In this document: positions 52,084-61,814 of the stretch, one piece after another | Layout: each line of letters starts with the position of its first letter | Numbering within the stretch: the stretch's first letter is position 1 | NCBI GenBank assembly: GCA_963763775.1 | Contig: CAVXPZ010000003.1 | Coordinates: 1-64,000, forward strand | DNA: 64,000 bases | Source of the DNA: an uncultured Chloroflexia bacterium | GTDB lineage: Bacteria > Chloroflexota > Limnocylindria > Limnocylindrales > CSP1-4 | Reading direction: 5' to 3' | Translations under genes and position numbers: made by a program | Notes under the pieces: model-generated | What the model was told of the DNA's origin: nothing | Databases searched by the model: none | Seen by the model: the letters and a program-made list of their open reading frames with translations, nothing else

Positions 52084-53587
52084 TCAGCCGGACCGGCGGG
52101 CGGCGACGAGGTCGTCAAGCAGCCGACCGAACTCGTGCTGGACGTCGACGTAGCGCTCCGATCGCCAGACGATCCCGAGCCGGCCGTCCTTCGTCAGCCG
52201 CGTCCAGACGCGCCGCCGCGGCCGATAGAACGTGATCGTGATGCCGGCGATCAGGCTGATGAACGCGAGCCAGACCAGCCCCTGCCCGGGGTCCTTCTTG
52301 GCGATGAGCAGCGTGTAGGCGCCCACGCCCTGGAGCTCCACCGAGAAGCCGAGCTCGGGAGAACGGACCGTCTCGCCGACCTCGGGCGCCAACGGCGTGT
52401 AGTGCTCGTAGACGGCGGTCCCGTCGGGGTTCGTGCCGACGACGCGGTACGGCAGGAGCAGCGCCGCGGCGGCCCCCGCCGCGGTCTTGCTCAGCAGCAG
52501 CTGGAGGCCCACGTCCGTGCCGGGCACGGACAGGATCCCGTACGGCGAGTCGGCGGCCGCGTCGGTCAGCGGCACGGCGCCGTCCCACAGCGGCTTGCCC
52601 GCCGCATCGCGGATGACGAGGTGGGGCGCCGGGCCGAAGCCATTCTGGTGGAACGTGTAACCGGCGACCGACAACGGGTCGTTGACACGGATCGTCTTGC
52701 GCGCGATCTCCTGGCCGTCGCGGTAGACCGCGAGATCGGTGCGGAAGTCGCTCGCCTGACCCGTGTCGAACCCGGGCGCCTCGAAGTCGATGTTCTTCAC
52801 GAGCAGCAGGCCCGGCGTCCCGATCGGCTGCACCGTGAGCGACTCCCCGACCGGGATCACCAGCCCCTGTTCCTCGCCGAGCCGCGACGTCACCGCCGCG
52901 GCCGCCAGGAACAGCACGAGCCCGGTGTGGGTGAGCAGGGTCGCCATCTTCGTGTACTGGTGGCGATCGCCGTACAGGAAGGTCGTGCCCTCGTCGTCGA
53001 CCGCCTCGCGGACGTGGAAGCCGCGGCCGCGCAGGACGCCCCGCACCCCGGCCGCATCGACGCCCGTCATCGCCGCGCGGTCGGGCAGCTTGGGGTCGAA
53101 GAAGGGCTCGGGCTGGGCCACCCGGATCTCGGCGACGCCGCGCCACAGCTTCGGCGTGCGGTCGAGCGTGCAGACGACGATCGAGGCCACCAGGACCGTC
53201 AGCCCGACGCTGAACCAGAGCGAGCGGAACATCGCGAAGACCGAGAGCCGCTCGAGCGTGTCGACGAGCGCGGACCCCATCACCGGGTCGTATCGGGTGT
53301 GGATGTCGTCCATCGCGGCGGCGTAGTCCGTCGCCGAGCGGAACGCGAAGTCCGGCAGCTGGCGGATGGTCATCCCGACCAGGGCGAGCAGGACGAGGAG
53401 GATGATCTGGGCGACGGCGAAGTCGACCGAGGTCAGCAGGCTCCAGATGCCGCGCCCGATGCGCGCCAGGATGTTCGGCCCGACCGGTCGGGTGGAGGCG
53501 GCCGTGACCGCCGCCGGCGTCGCGATGTCGGGCCCCTCAGGCGGCGCGCGCGGGACGGTCGGACGGGCGTCGGTCGGCGTCGCTCAC
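52084..53587 (-). CDS. resB: Cytochrome c biogenesis protein ResB/Ccs1 (start GTG 53587 probably shifted by a 1-bp indel)
   Basis: LLTSVDFA, FRSLWF, VCTLDR.P, conserved His in LLTH, IRVNDPL, KDPG..LVW, RRRVW. Confidence 0.85.
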
Positions 53588-53654
53588 GCTCGGGATGCTA
53601 CACCGGACCGGCCGGAGGGGCCGGACCGCCGTCGGGCAGTCCGCGCACCTCGCG

Positions 53655-54938
53655 TCAGCCGGCGCGGCTCATGGGGACCGGGATGCCGGTGACGCGGTCC
53701 TTGCCCGCCCGCTTGGAGGCGTACATGGCGCCGTCGGCGCTGATCATCAGCTCGTCGACGGTCCGGCCGTCGCTCGGGAAGCTCACGACGCCGACCGAGA
53801 GCGACGGTCGCGGTCCGCCACCCGGGAGCTCGATCGGCATCGAGCGGACGCCGAGGCGGATCTTCTCGGCGAGCACGAACGCGCCGGTGGGGTCGGTCTC
53901 CGGCAGGAGCACCACGAACTCGTCGCCGCCGTAGCGCGCCGCGGTGTCGATGCGCCGGACGCCCGAGGTGATGACGTCGCTGACGGCTCGCAGGACGCGG
54001 TCGCCGTGGAAGTGGCCGAGGCGATCGTTGATGTCCTTCAGGCCATCCAGGTCCATCATCAGGAGGCAGAAGCCGCGCCCTGACCGGGCGCTGCGCGCCA
54101 TCTCGCGCTCGATCGCCGCGAAGAAGAACGCCCGGTTGTACAGGGCGGTGAGCGGGTCGATGGTGGAGAGCCGGATCGCCGCATCGCGGGCAGCCCGCTG
54201 CTCCCGGGCGATGACCATCGCGACGTAGACGAGCAGCACGAGCGCCACGAGGTCCACCGCGACGACCGCGACGGCGGCCTCGTCCAAGGAGCCGGGCGGC
54301 GAGCCGACGAGGACCGCGGCCACGTACGCGAGCGCCGCCACGACCGTGAGGCCCGCGGTCTCGGCCGGCGTCACGACGAAGGCGGCCCCGGCGACGATCA
54401 GTGGGAAGGTGAAGAAGAACGGGCTGGAGGTCCCGCCGGTCAGCGCGACCAGCACGGCGGCGCCGCTCAGCGCGACGGACCCCTCGACGATGAACCGCGA
54501 CGTCCCGAGGGAGTCGGCCGGCAGGATGTCGTGGAAGACGATCACGAACAGACCCGCGATCGCGAGCAGGACCAGGATCGCGCTCTGGGTCTCGGGCCAG
54601 AGCCCCGTCACGAGGACGATGGTGGCCGACGCGATCAGGAAGATCCAACTGACGATGCGGACGACGCGGTCGTACCCGGGCGCGGACGGGGCATCGGCGT
54701 CCTCGTCGGCGATCCCGCCCACGACGGCCGCCTCGAGCGTGCGCGACCCGGACGCATCGAGCGCGCGAGGGCCACGCCGGGCGCGCGACCGCTTGACGGC
54801 GGGCGCCACCAGCACGGCGACGAGGACGAGATTCGCGATGAGGGCGACCACGATGAGGGCGAGGATCGCCTGGTCGGGCAACGAAGCGACTCCGAAGGGG
54901 GCCAGGACGCCGCCAGCGCGCGCCCGGCCGACGGCCAT
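53655..54938 (-). CDS. Membrane diguanylate cyclase (GGDEF)
   Basis: Multiple TMs; DPLTALYNR, DLDGLKDIND..GH..GD, ARYGGDEF. Confidence 0.92.
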   Translation of the reverse strand: MAVGRARAGGVLAPFGVASLPDQAILALIVVALIANLVLVAVLVAPAVKRSRARRGPRALDASGSRTLEAAVVGGIADEDADAPSAPGYDRVVRIVSWIFLIASATIVLVTGLWPETQSAILVLLAIAGLFVIVFHDILPADSLGTSRFIVEGSVALSGAAVLVALTGGTSSPFFFTFPLIVAGAAFVVTPAETAGLTVVAALAYVAAVLVGSPPGSLDEAAVAVVAVDLVALVLLVYVAMVIAREQRAARDAAIRLSTIDPLTALYNRAFFFAAIEREMARSARSGRGFCLLMMDLDGLKDINDRLGHFHGDRVLRAVSDVITSGVRRIDTAARYGGDEFVVLLPETDPTGAFVLAEKIRLGVRSMPIELPGGGPRPSLSVGVVSFPSDGRTVDELMISADGAMYASKRAGKDRVTGIPVPMSRAG

Positions 54939-55034
54939 CTTATCCGCTCGACCGGGGTGTTCCGGGGCGCTCCGGTGGATTCGGGTGCGATGGCGCAACG
55001 CCCGCAGAGGAGCGTCGGCTGGGACTCGGACCGC

Positions 55035-55532
55035 CTAGCGGGCGCCCCACTGGTAGGTCTGCTTGACCAGCCGCAGGTACACGAAGGTCTCGGTCTCGCG
55101 GACGCCCTCGATGGCCCGCAGGCGCTCGGCGAGGAACCGGAGGAGCGCCTCGTTGTCCTCGCACACGGTCTCGATCAGGAGGTCGTAGGTGCCCGCGGTG
55201 ATGACCACGTAATCCACCTCGGGCATCGCCGCGAGCTCCTCGGCGACGGACACGAGGCGGTCGCTCTGGCAGCGGATCCCGATCATCGCCATCTGATGGA
55301 ACCCGAGCTTCAGCGGGTCCGTGACGCCGACGACCTGCAGGATCCCGCGCTCGATGAGCCGGTTCGTGCGAGCGCGGACCGCGGCCTCGGATACGCCCAG
55401 ATCGAGGGCGATCTGCGTGAAGGGGCGGCGGCCGTCGGCCTGGAGGTGCTCGATGATCCGCTTGTCGAGCGCGGAGACATCCTCCGCGGAACGCGGGCTC
55501 GCGGAACGTCGGCGGGGCGCGGCGTCGGTCAC
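55035..55532 (-). CDS. Lrp/AsnC family regulator
   Basis: LDKRIIEHLQADGRRPFTQIA..LGVSEAAVRAR, AGTYDLL; GTGA overlap with the upstream gene. Confidence 0.92.
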   Translation of the reverse strand: MTDAAPRRRSASPRSAEDVSALDKRIIEHLQADGRRPFTQIALDLGVSEAAVRARTNRLIERGILQVVGVTDPLKLGFHQMAMIGIRCQSDRLVSVAEELAAMPEVDYVVITAGTYDLLIETVCEDNEALLRFLAERLRAIEGVRETETFVYLRLVKQTYQWGAR

Positions 55533-56164
55533 GGTGCCGGCGATGCCGAGCCAGCCGCCGGCGATGCCGCCGGGCTGGCGGCCGGGGTCGACGTGTGCAC
55601 GGGGAGCTCGACGGTCACGTTGCTGCGGACCTTCAGCGGGTAGAGCATCGGGTCCAGCGCGGCGATCAGGGCGGCCAGCGCGTCCTTCTGGTGGCTGTCG
55701 GGCTTCGGCGGTCGCTTGCCGGTGGTCGGCCCCCACTCGACGAGGATGTTCTGCCCCTTGATCGCGATCGGCGGTTCGCCCTGACCCGGCTTCTTGCCGG
55801 CCTTCCACTTCTTCGCCCTCGCCAGCGCCTTCGCGGAGCTGTACTCGCTGATGATCAGCGGCCAGCCCTCGTAGGTGGCCACGAGGTCGCGCAACGGCTC
55901 CTTCCCGGCCTTGCCCGTGCCGGCCGTATCCGCGACGAGCTTGAGCCCGGCGTCCTGGAGCGCCCGGAAGACGACCTCGAGCGAGGCCGGCGTGGTCAGG
56001 TGCGGATCGGGCGTCGCCACGGGCGCGGCCGAGGCCGCGGTCGTGGCGGCCGGGGTCGGCGTGGGCGTGGCCGAACCGCACGCGGCGGTCAGCACGCCGA
56101 TCACGAGGATCGGAGCGAGCAGGCGGCCCCGTCCCCGAAACGACGACCGATTCGAATCTCGCAT
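55529..56164 (-). CDS. Lipoprotein of unknown function
   Basis: LTAACG lipobox; Pro/Thr/Ala linkers. Confidence 0.65.
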   Translation of the reverse strand: MRDSNRSSFRGRGRLLAPILVIGVLTAACGSATPTPTPAATTAASAAPVATPDPHLTTPASLEVVFRALQDAGLKLVADTAGTGKAGKEPLRDLVATYEGWPLIISEYSSAKALARAKKWKAGKKPGQGEPPIAIKGQNILVEWGPTTGKRPPKPDSHQKDALAALIAALDPMLYPLKVRSNVTVELPVHTSTPAASPAASPAAGSASPAP

Positions 56165-56271
56165 GACCGACGGCATCCTAGCACGCGGTTCGCACGGCGA
56201 AACCCGGACAATTCTCCCCCGGCCGGCCGGACCAGCCAGGGCGCCGACGCGCCGGGCGGCGAGTGGCGCCC

Positions 56272-57204
56272 TCAGCCGCGATCGAGTTCGGCGAGGACGG
56301 CGCCCATGAGCCGGACGGACTCGACGGTGATCGGGTCGAGCACGAGCTGGACGTGGTCGATGCCCTCGGCGGCATAGGCGCGAAGCGCGTCGGCCATCTC
56401 GGCCGGTGAGCCCTCGAGGGGCGGGATCGACGCGTGGTCGACGTCGCCCTGCATCCGGCCGGTCCCGCCCGGCAGGCGCACGAGGACGACGACGGTGCGC
56501 GAGATCGCCGAGGGATCGCGTCCGACGTCCCGGCACGCCTCGTCGACGATGGAGCGCAACCGGCCGACACCCGCCGGGCTGTTCCCGGTGTCGTTGAACC
56601 AGGTGTTCCAGGCGTGCGCGTACGGCATCGTGATCCGCAGCATCCGCGGCCCGTTGGACCCGATGAGCAGCGGCGGCCCCTCCGGTCGCGGCCCAGGCGG
56701 CAGCAGCTCGCAGTCCCGCGCCTGGTAGAACCGCCCGTCGAAATCGATCGCCCCGTCCTGGAGCAGGGTCCGGATGATCGTGAAGGCCTCCTCGAACCGG
56801 TCGATCCGGTGGTCGTACGGGAAGCCGAACGCGCGGAACTCGGTCTCGTTCCAGCCGGCGCCGAGCCCAAGGACGAAGCGGCCGCCGCTGATCTCGTCGA
56901 TGGTCGAGGCCTGCTTCGCGAGGAGGGCGGGGTTGTGGTAGTTCGTGCACGCCACGAGCGGCCCGAACTCGACGCGCGAGGTCACGGCGGCGATCGCCGC
57001 CAGCTCGGTCCAGGCCTCCCACGGCCCGCGCGGCGGGAGGTCGGTCCACCGGTAGAGCAGGTGCTCGCCGAGCCAGATCGAATCGAACCCGAGATCCTCG
57101 ATCGCCCGGACCATGTCGAGCAGCTCCGGCCAGCGGACCTCACGCTCGACCTCGGGCAGCTGGACCCCGACCTTGAGCGGCCGCCGGGCGGACGCCTCGC
57201 TCAC
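56272..57204 (-). CDS. LLM class flavin-dependent oxidoreductase
   Basis: GFDSIWLGEH, LAKQASTIDEISGGRFVLGLGAGW. Confidence 0.92.
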   Translation of the reverse strand: MSEASARRPLKVGVQLPEVEREVRWPELLDMVRAIEDLGFDSIWLGEHLLYRWTDLPPRGPWEAWTELAAIAAVTSRVEFGPLVACTNYHNPALLAKQASTIDEISGGRFVLGLGAGWNETEFRAFGFPYDHRIDRFEEAFTIIRTLLQDGAIDFDGRFYQARDCELLPPGPRPEGPPLLIGSNGPRMLRITMPYAHAWNTWFNDTGNSPAGVGRLRSIVDEACRDVGRDPSAISRTVVVLVRLPGGTGRMQGDVDHASIPPLEGSPAEMADALRAYAAEGIDHVQLVLDPITVESVRLMGAVLAELDRG

Positions 57205-58232
57205 GCCCGTGCCGCGAGCGCCGATGCGATGGCCCGGATGTGGTCCGGCGTGCTGCCGCAGCACCCGCCCACGATGGTCGCCCCGGCATCGCGCATCTCG
57301 AGGACCTGGCCGGCCATCGTCTCCGGGTCCGCGCGGTAGACGGCTCGCATGTCGACCAGCTCGGGCATCCCGGCGTTCGACTTGGCGACGAGCACGACGT
57401 CGGGCGCCGCCGCGCGCATCTTCGCGACGACCGGGATCAGTTCGTCGGGCCCGTTGCCGCAGTTGCCGCCGATGGCGTCGGCGCCCCAGGCCACGAGGGA
57501 CTCGACGGCCTGTTCCGGCGTGACGCCCATCATCGTGTGGCCGCGCGTGTCGAACGTCATCGTCGCCACCAGCGCGATGGCCGGCGCGGCCTGGCGGACC
57601 CCCTCGATCGCGGCACGGATCTCGTTGAGGTCCGACATCGTCTCGATCCAGATCAGGTCGACGCCGCCGGCCACGAGCGACGCGGCCTGCTCGCGGAAGA
57701 TGTCGACCGCGTCGTCGTACGCGAGCGTGCCGAGCGGCTCGACGATCTCACCGGACGGCCCGATGTCGCCGGCCACCAGGGCGGTCCCGCCGGCGGAATC
57801 CACCTCCGCCCGCAGCAGGATGGCCGCCGTCCGGTTCAGCTCGTCGACGCGGTCGCCGTGGCCGCTGAGTCGCAGCCGCGCCCGGTTCCCACCGAAGGTG
57901 TTGGTGAGGAGGATCTGCGAGCCGGCTTCCAGGTATCCGCGCTGGATGCGGCGGATGACGTCCGGATGGGCCAGGTTCCAGACCTCCGGCGGGTCGCCGA
58001 ACTGCAGCCCGTTCGCGAAGAGCATCGTGCCCATCGCCCCGTCGGCGAGGATCGGGCCACCGGCATCGACGAGGGCGCGGAACTTCGCACTGGCCGCCCC
58101 GCCGTCGAGCGCGCGACGCGTGGCGGTGTCCGGGAATCGCGACGTGTCGACGACGGGTGCGCCGCTCGCGTCCGCGTCGCCGTCCGAGCGTGTCGTGTCG
58201 TGCGGTCGGCGAGACCGTCTGGTGGGCTCCAT
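57201..58232 (-). CDS. Homocysteine S-methyltransferase family (stand-alone MetH Hcy-binding / Bmt-like)
   Basis: LADGAMGT, TNTFGG, IETMSD, GGNCG.GP, NAGMP, GGCCGSTPDHI Zn ligands. Confidence 0.92.
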   Translation of the reverse strand: MEPTRRSRRPHDTTRSDGDADASGAPVVDTSRFPDTATRRALDGGAASAKFRALVDAGGPILADGAMGTMLFANGLQFGDPPEVWNLAHPDVIRRIQRGYLEAGSQILLTNTFGGNRARLRLSGHGDRVDELNRTAAILLRAEVDSAGGTALVAGDIGPSGEIVEPLGTLAYDDAVDIFREQAASLVAGGVDLIWIETMSDLNEIRAAIEGVRQAAPAIALVATMTFDTRGHTMMGVTPEQAVESLVAWGADAIGGNCGNGPDELIPVVAKMRAAAPDVVLVAKSNAGMPELVDMRAVYRADPETMAGQVLEMRDAGATIVGGCCGSTPDHIRAIASALAARA

Positions 58233-58250
58233 TCCCGCATCATAGCGAGC
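58233..58250. promoter_or_regulatory. Putative bidirectional leaderless promoter
   Basis: 18 bp separate the divergent ATGs; TATGAT (-) and CATCAT (+) overlap. Confidence 0.5.
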
Positions 58251-59918
58251 ATGTGTGCGCAGCCCCGTCGATCGCCCGACCTCACCGCGGCCGTGACCGC
58301 CATCGATGCGGAGGTCGCGCGTCGACGGGCGGACGGCTCCACCCCGGCCATCACGATCGCCGTGACCGACCTCGAGGGCAACGCGGATCGACCGGGTCTA
58401 TGGCGACGCCGAGGTCGCCGGGCATCGCCCCGCCGACCAGGACACGCTCTTCGAGATCGGCTCGATCGGCAAGACGTTCACGGCCCTCGTGGTCATGCAG
58501 CTGGCCGAGGAAGGCCGGTTGGGTCTCGACGACCCGGTCGTCCGGCACCTGCCGTGGTTCCGGGTGCCGCGGACCGGTCCCCGGATCACGATCCGTCATC
58601 TGCTGAGCCACACGGGCGGGATCACGGCGGGCATCGACGGCACGCCCGAGGCGACGTTCCAGGTCTGGCGGTTGCGCGATCTCCCGCCCGGTTGTGCGCC
58701 GGGCCGCCGGTACCACTACTCGAATGTGGGCTACAAGACGCTCGGGCTCGTCATCGAGGCGATCGAGGGGGCGCCGTACCCGGACGTGCTGCGGCACCGC
58801 CTGCTCGAACCGCTCGGGATGACGCGCACGGAGCCCGAGATCACGAACGCGATCCGCCCACGGATGGCCGTCGCCTACGCGCCGGCGCGCGACGACCGCC
58901 TCTGGACCGAAGGCCTCCCGCAGCGGCCGGCGACCTGGCTCGAGACCGCGACCGCCGATGGGTGCCTCGCCTCGACCGCCGCCGACATGGCGAGGTTCGC
59001 CCGGATGCTGCTGCGCGGCGGCGAGATCGACGGCCGGCGGATCGTCCCGACGTCCGCGATCGAGGCGATGGCGACGCCGGTCGCCGCCCTCGGCGCCGAC
59101 GGGTATGGGCTCGGCCTGATCAACCACGAGGTCGACGGGCACGACTACCTCGGGCACACGGGCGCGATGGTCGGCTCGGTCGCCGGCCTGTGGACCGATC
59201 CGGCCGCGGGGCTCGGGGCCGTGGTCCTGCAGACGGGGTTCGCGTACAGCCCGTTCGCGCTGACCCGGCTGGCCATCCGCGCCGTGGCCGAGGTCCGCCA
59301 GGGTCGGCCCGTGCCCGGATCCGGCAAAGCACCGCGACCGGTGGCGCGTCCCGGCCGCCCGACGACGAGCTCGTCCCGTTCACCGGCACGTTCGACGGCG
59401 AGGATGGGCGGACGCTCCGGGTCAAGGCGGTCGCCGACGCCCTGACCGTCGACGACGGGTCGCGGACGCACCCCGCGAAGTCCTTCGGCGACGACCGCTG
59501 GCTCATCGCGGACCCGGCCTGGAACGACGCGCTGCTCTCGTTCGAGGCCGGCGGCGACATCGCCTGGCACGGCGCCGTCCGGTTCGTCCGACGCGGGACG
59601 GTACCCGCGCCACTGCGCGAGCCGTCGGCCGAGCTACGGTCCATCGCCGGCCGCTACCGCAGCCACGACCCGTGGACGACGAACTTCCGCGTCGTCCTCC
59701 GCGGCGACGTCCCGTGGCTGTGCTTCCCGGCGGTCCCCGACGGCTTCGAGGACGAGCAGCCGCTTCGACCGCTCGCCCGTGGCGGCTTCGGCGTCGGCGA
59801 CGACCCACTCGGGCCGGAGCGGATCCGCTTCGACACGATCATCGATGGACGGGCCCGCCGTGCCTGGCTGTCCGGGTGGGACTACTACCGGGCCGACGAC
59901 ACGCCGGCGACGTCTTGA
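58251..59918 (+). CDS. Serine hydrolase (beta-lactamase class C-like), frameshifts near 58385 and 59330
   Basis: FEIGSIGKTFT (SxxK), LLSHTGG, YHYSN, GHTG. Confidence 0.85.
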   Translation: MCAQPRRSPDLTAAVTAIDAEVARRRADGSTPAITIAVTDLEGNADRPGLWRRRGRRASPRRPGHALRDRLDRQDVHGPRGHAAGRGRPVGSRRPGRPAPAVVPGAADRSPDHDPSSAEPHGRDHGGHRRHARGDVPGLAVARSPARLCAGPPVPLLECGLQDARARHRGDRGGAVPGRAAAPPARTARDDAHGARDHERDPPTDGRRLRAGARRPPLDRRPPAAAGDLARDRDRRWVPRLDRRRHGEVRPDAAARRRDRRPADRPDVRDRGDGDAGRRPRRRRVWARPDQPRGRRARLPRAHGRDGRLGRRPVDRSGRGARGRGPADGVRVQPVRADPAGHPRRGRGPPGSARARIRQSTATGGASRPPDDELVPFTGTFDGEDGRTLRVKAVADALTVDDGSRTHPAKSFGDDRWLIADPAWNDALLSFEAGGDIAWHGAVRFVRRGTVPAPLREPSAELRSIAGRYRSHDPWTTNFRVVLRGDVPWLCFPAVPDGFEDEQPLRPLARGGFGVGDDPLGPERIRFDTIIDGRARRAWLSGWDYYRADDTPATS

Positions 59919-60100
59919 CAGCGATCGGACCCATCCGCCACCCTGCGCCCGACATGCATCACGTCGACGCACGCACCGCGACCACGTCGCAGCAGCAGCC
60001 CTCGAGGGCCTGCTCGACCTGATGCGCCGCGCCCGGAACGGGCGCCACCACCACGGAACGAGGAACGCCCTCAGCAGACATGCTGGGGGCGTTTCCATTT
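59915..60100 (+). promoter_or_regulatory. Candidate attenuator leader: TTGACA, 22-codon uORF (59954-60022), terminator-like hairpin
   Basis: uORF MHHVDARTATTSQQQPSRACST*; hairpin lies directly before the lysE RBS. Confidence 0.5.
60062..60100 (+). terminator. Terminator-like hairpin upstream of lysE
   Basis: GGAACGCCCTCAGCA-GACA-TGCTGGGGGCGTTTC followed by CATTT. Confidence 0.6.
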
Positions 60101-60111
60101 GGGAGGCATCG

Positions 60112-60729
60112 ATGGATCCCGAACTCCTTGGCCGGGGCTTCGTCCTCGGCTTCACGATCGCGGCGGCGGTCGGGCCGATCAGCCTGCTCGTCATCCGCCG
60201 GACGCTCGCGGAAGGCCGCGTCGTCGGCCTGGCATCGGGCCTGGGCGTCGCGACGGCCGACGCGACGTACGGCGGCATCGCCGCGTTCGGCCTGTCCGCG
60301 ATCACGGACCTGCTCGTCGGGGGCGGCCGGATCCTCGGGCTGGTGGGCGGGGTGTTCCTCCTGTGGCTCGCGTGGCGGACCGCGAGGAGCGACCCGGGGA
60401 CCGCGGCGGCCGTGACCGAGCGACGGGGTGGGCTTCCCGGCGCCTACCTCTCGATCCTCGGGCTCACGATGACGAACCCGATGACGATCCTGTCGTTCGG
60501 CGCGCTGTTCGCCGGTCTCGGCGTCACCGGCTCGGACGCGATGGAGTCCGCGCTGATCACGCTGGGCGTGTTCCTCGGCTCGGCGTCGTGGTGGGTCGTC
60601 CTGACGACGACGATCGGCGCCCTCCGCTCGCGGGTGACGCCACGCTGGCTCCGGGTCGTCAACATCGTGTCCGGCGTCGTCATCGGCGCGTTCGCTCTGG
60701 TCGCCATCGGCATCGCGGTCCGAGGTTGA
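60112..60729 (+). CDS. LysE/RhtB family amino-acid exporter
   Basis: GFTIAAAVGPISLLVIRRTL, GLGVATADATY, LTMTNPMTILSF, GVFLGSASWW. Confidence 0.92.
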   Translation: MDPELLGRGFVLGFTIAAAVGPISLLVIRRTLAEGRVVGLASGLGVATADATYGGIAAFGLSAITDLLVGGGRILGLVGGVFLLWLAWRTARSDPGTAAAVTERRGGLPGAYLSILGLTMTNPMTILSFGALFAGLGVTGSDAMESALITLGVFLGSASWWVVLTTTIGALRSRVTPRWLRVVNIVSGVVIGAFALVAIGIAVRG

Positions 60730-60769
60730 CCGTCATGACCGCGTCACACGCGGGAGTAGGATTGGGGCG

Positions 60770-61585
60770 GTGGACGAGGCGACGGCCGAGACCCAGACGA
60801 GCGAGCATTGGCGGGCCCTGCTGACCGGCGAGGACGCGTCGCTCAGGAAGCTGCGCCAGGTGTGGCGCCACGTCCCGTCATCGCCGCGCTGCAAGGTCTG
60901 CGCGGCCCCGTTCAGCGGACTCGGCAAGATCGCGACGAAGCTGGCGATGCACGGCCGTTCGATCGAGAACCCCCTCCTGTGCGGGATGTGCTTCCGGGAG
61001 CTCCGCAAGCACCCCGGGGGCGCCGAGGTCGAGATCAGCGTCCTGTTCGCCGACATCCGCGGCTCGACGGCGATGGCCGAGCGACTCTCGCCTGCCGACT
61101 TCCGCGGCCGGGTCCAGCATTTCTACGAGCTCGGCGCGAAGGCGATCGAGCGCAACGGCGGCATCGTCGACAAGTTCCTGGGCGACGGGATCATGGCGCT
61201 GTTCATCCCGGTCCTGGCGGGCGAGCGGCACGCCCGCCGGGCGATCACCGCGGGCCGGGACCTCATGGTCGACCTCGCCCGGTCGGACCTGCCGCGTGAC
61301 GGGGTCCATGTCGGCGCGGGCGTGGACGCCGGCACGGCCTTCGTGGGGGTCCTCGGCTCGGACGACCGGCTGGATTTCACCGCCCTCGGCGACACCGTGA
61401 ATACCGCCGCGCGCCTCGGGTCAGCGGCCGGGCCGGACCGACTGATCGTCTCGGATCGTGCCTGGACCTCGGCCGGCCTCGAGCCGGCAGGCGGACTCGC
61501 GCGGCACGACCTCGACGTCGCCGGCAAGGCCGCCCCGCTCCCGGTCGTCGATCTCGGTGCGGAGGACCTCGCGCTGATCGGCTAG
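60770..61585 (+). CDS. Class III adenylate cyclase with N-terminal C4 zinc-finger-like motif
   Basis: CKVC-x22-CGMC; FADIRGST, DKFLGDG, FTALGDTVNTAARL. Confidence 0.88.
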   Translation: MDEATAETQTSEHWRALLTGEDASLRKLRQVWRHVPSSPRCKVCAAPFSGLGKIATKLAMHGRSIENPLLCGMCFRELRKHPGGAEVEISVLFADIRGSTAMAERLSPADFRGRVQHFYELGAKAIERNGGIVDKFLGDGIMALFIPVLAGERHARRAITAGRDLMVDLARSDLPRDGVHVGAGVDAGTAFVGVLGSDDRLDFTALGDTVNTAARLGSAAGPDRLIVSDRAWTSAGLEPAGGLARHDLDVAGKAAPLPVVDLGAEDLALIG

Positions 61586-61681
61586 GGTCGCGCCCCCGCG
61601 CGAGGGCGTCGACATCGTCATCGACTCCTTCGGTCCAGCCGAGTGACGCCCGACCGCGTCGTCGCCCGATGAAGGTTCGGT

Positions 61682-61758
61682 TGGTCGGGGAGGCGGGATT
61701 CGAACCCGCGATCTCATGCTCCCAAAGCATGTGCGTTGCCAGGCTACGCTACTCCCCG
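61682..61758 (-). tRNA. tRNA-Pro (TGG)
   Basis: CGGGGAG acceptor, CATGC-TTTGGGA-GCATG anticodon arm, GGTTCGAATCC T-arm, encoded CCA. Confidence 0.97.
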
Positions 61759-61814
61759 GGCGGACCGTCGCGGCGGATGATACCCCGGCGACCAGACCGC
61801 CCCCCGTCCCAGGG

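Noticed and set aside
61586-61681. Island at tRNA-Pro(TGG)
   Set aside because: No duplicate of its specific 3' end (TGGTCGGGGAGGCGG) and no recombinase stub were seen; flanking genes look like core chromosome.
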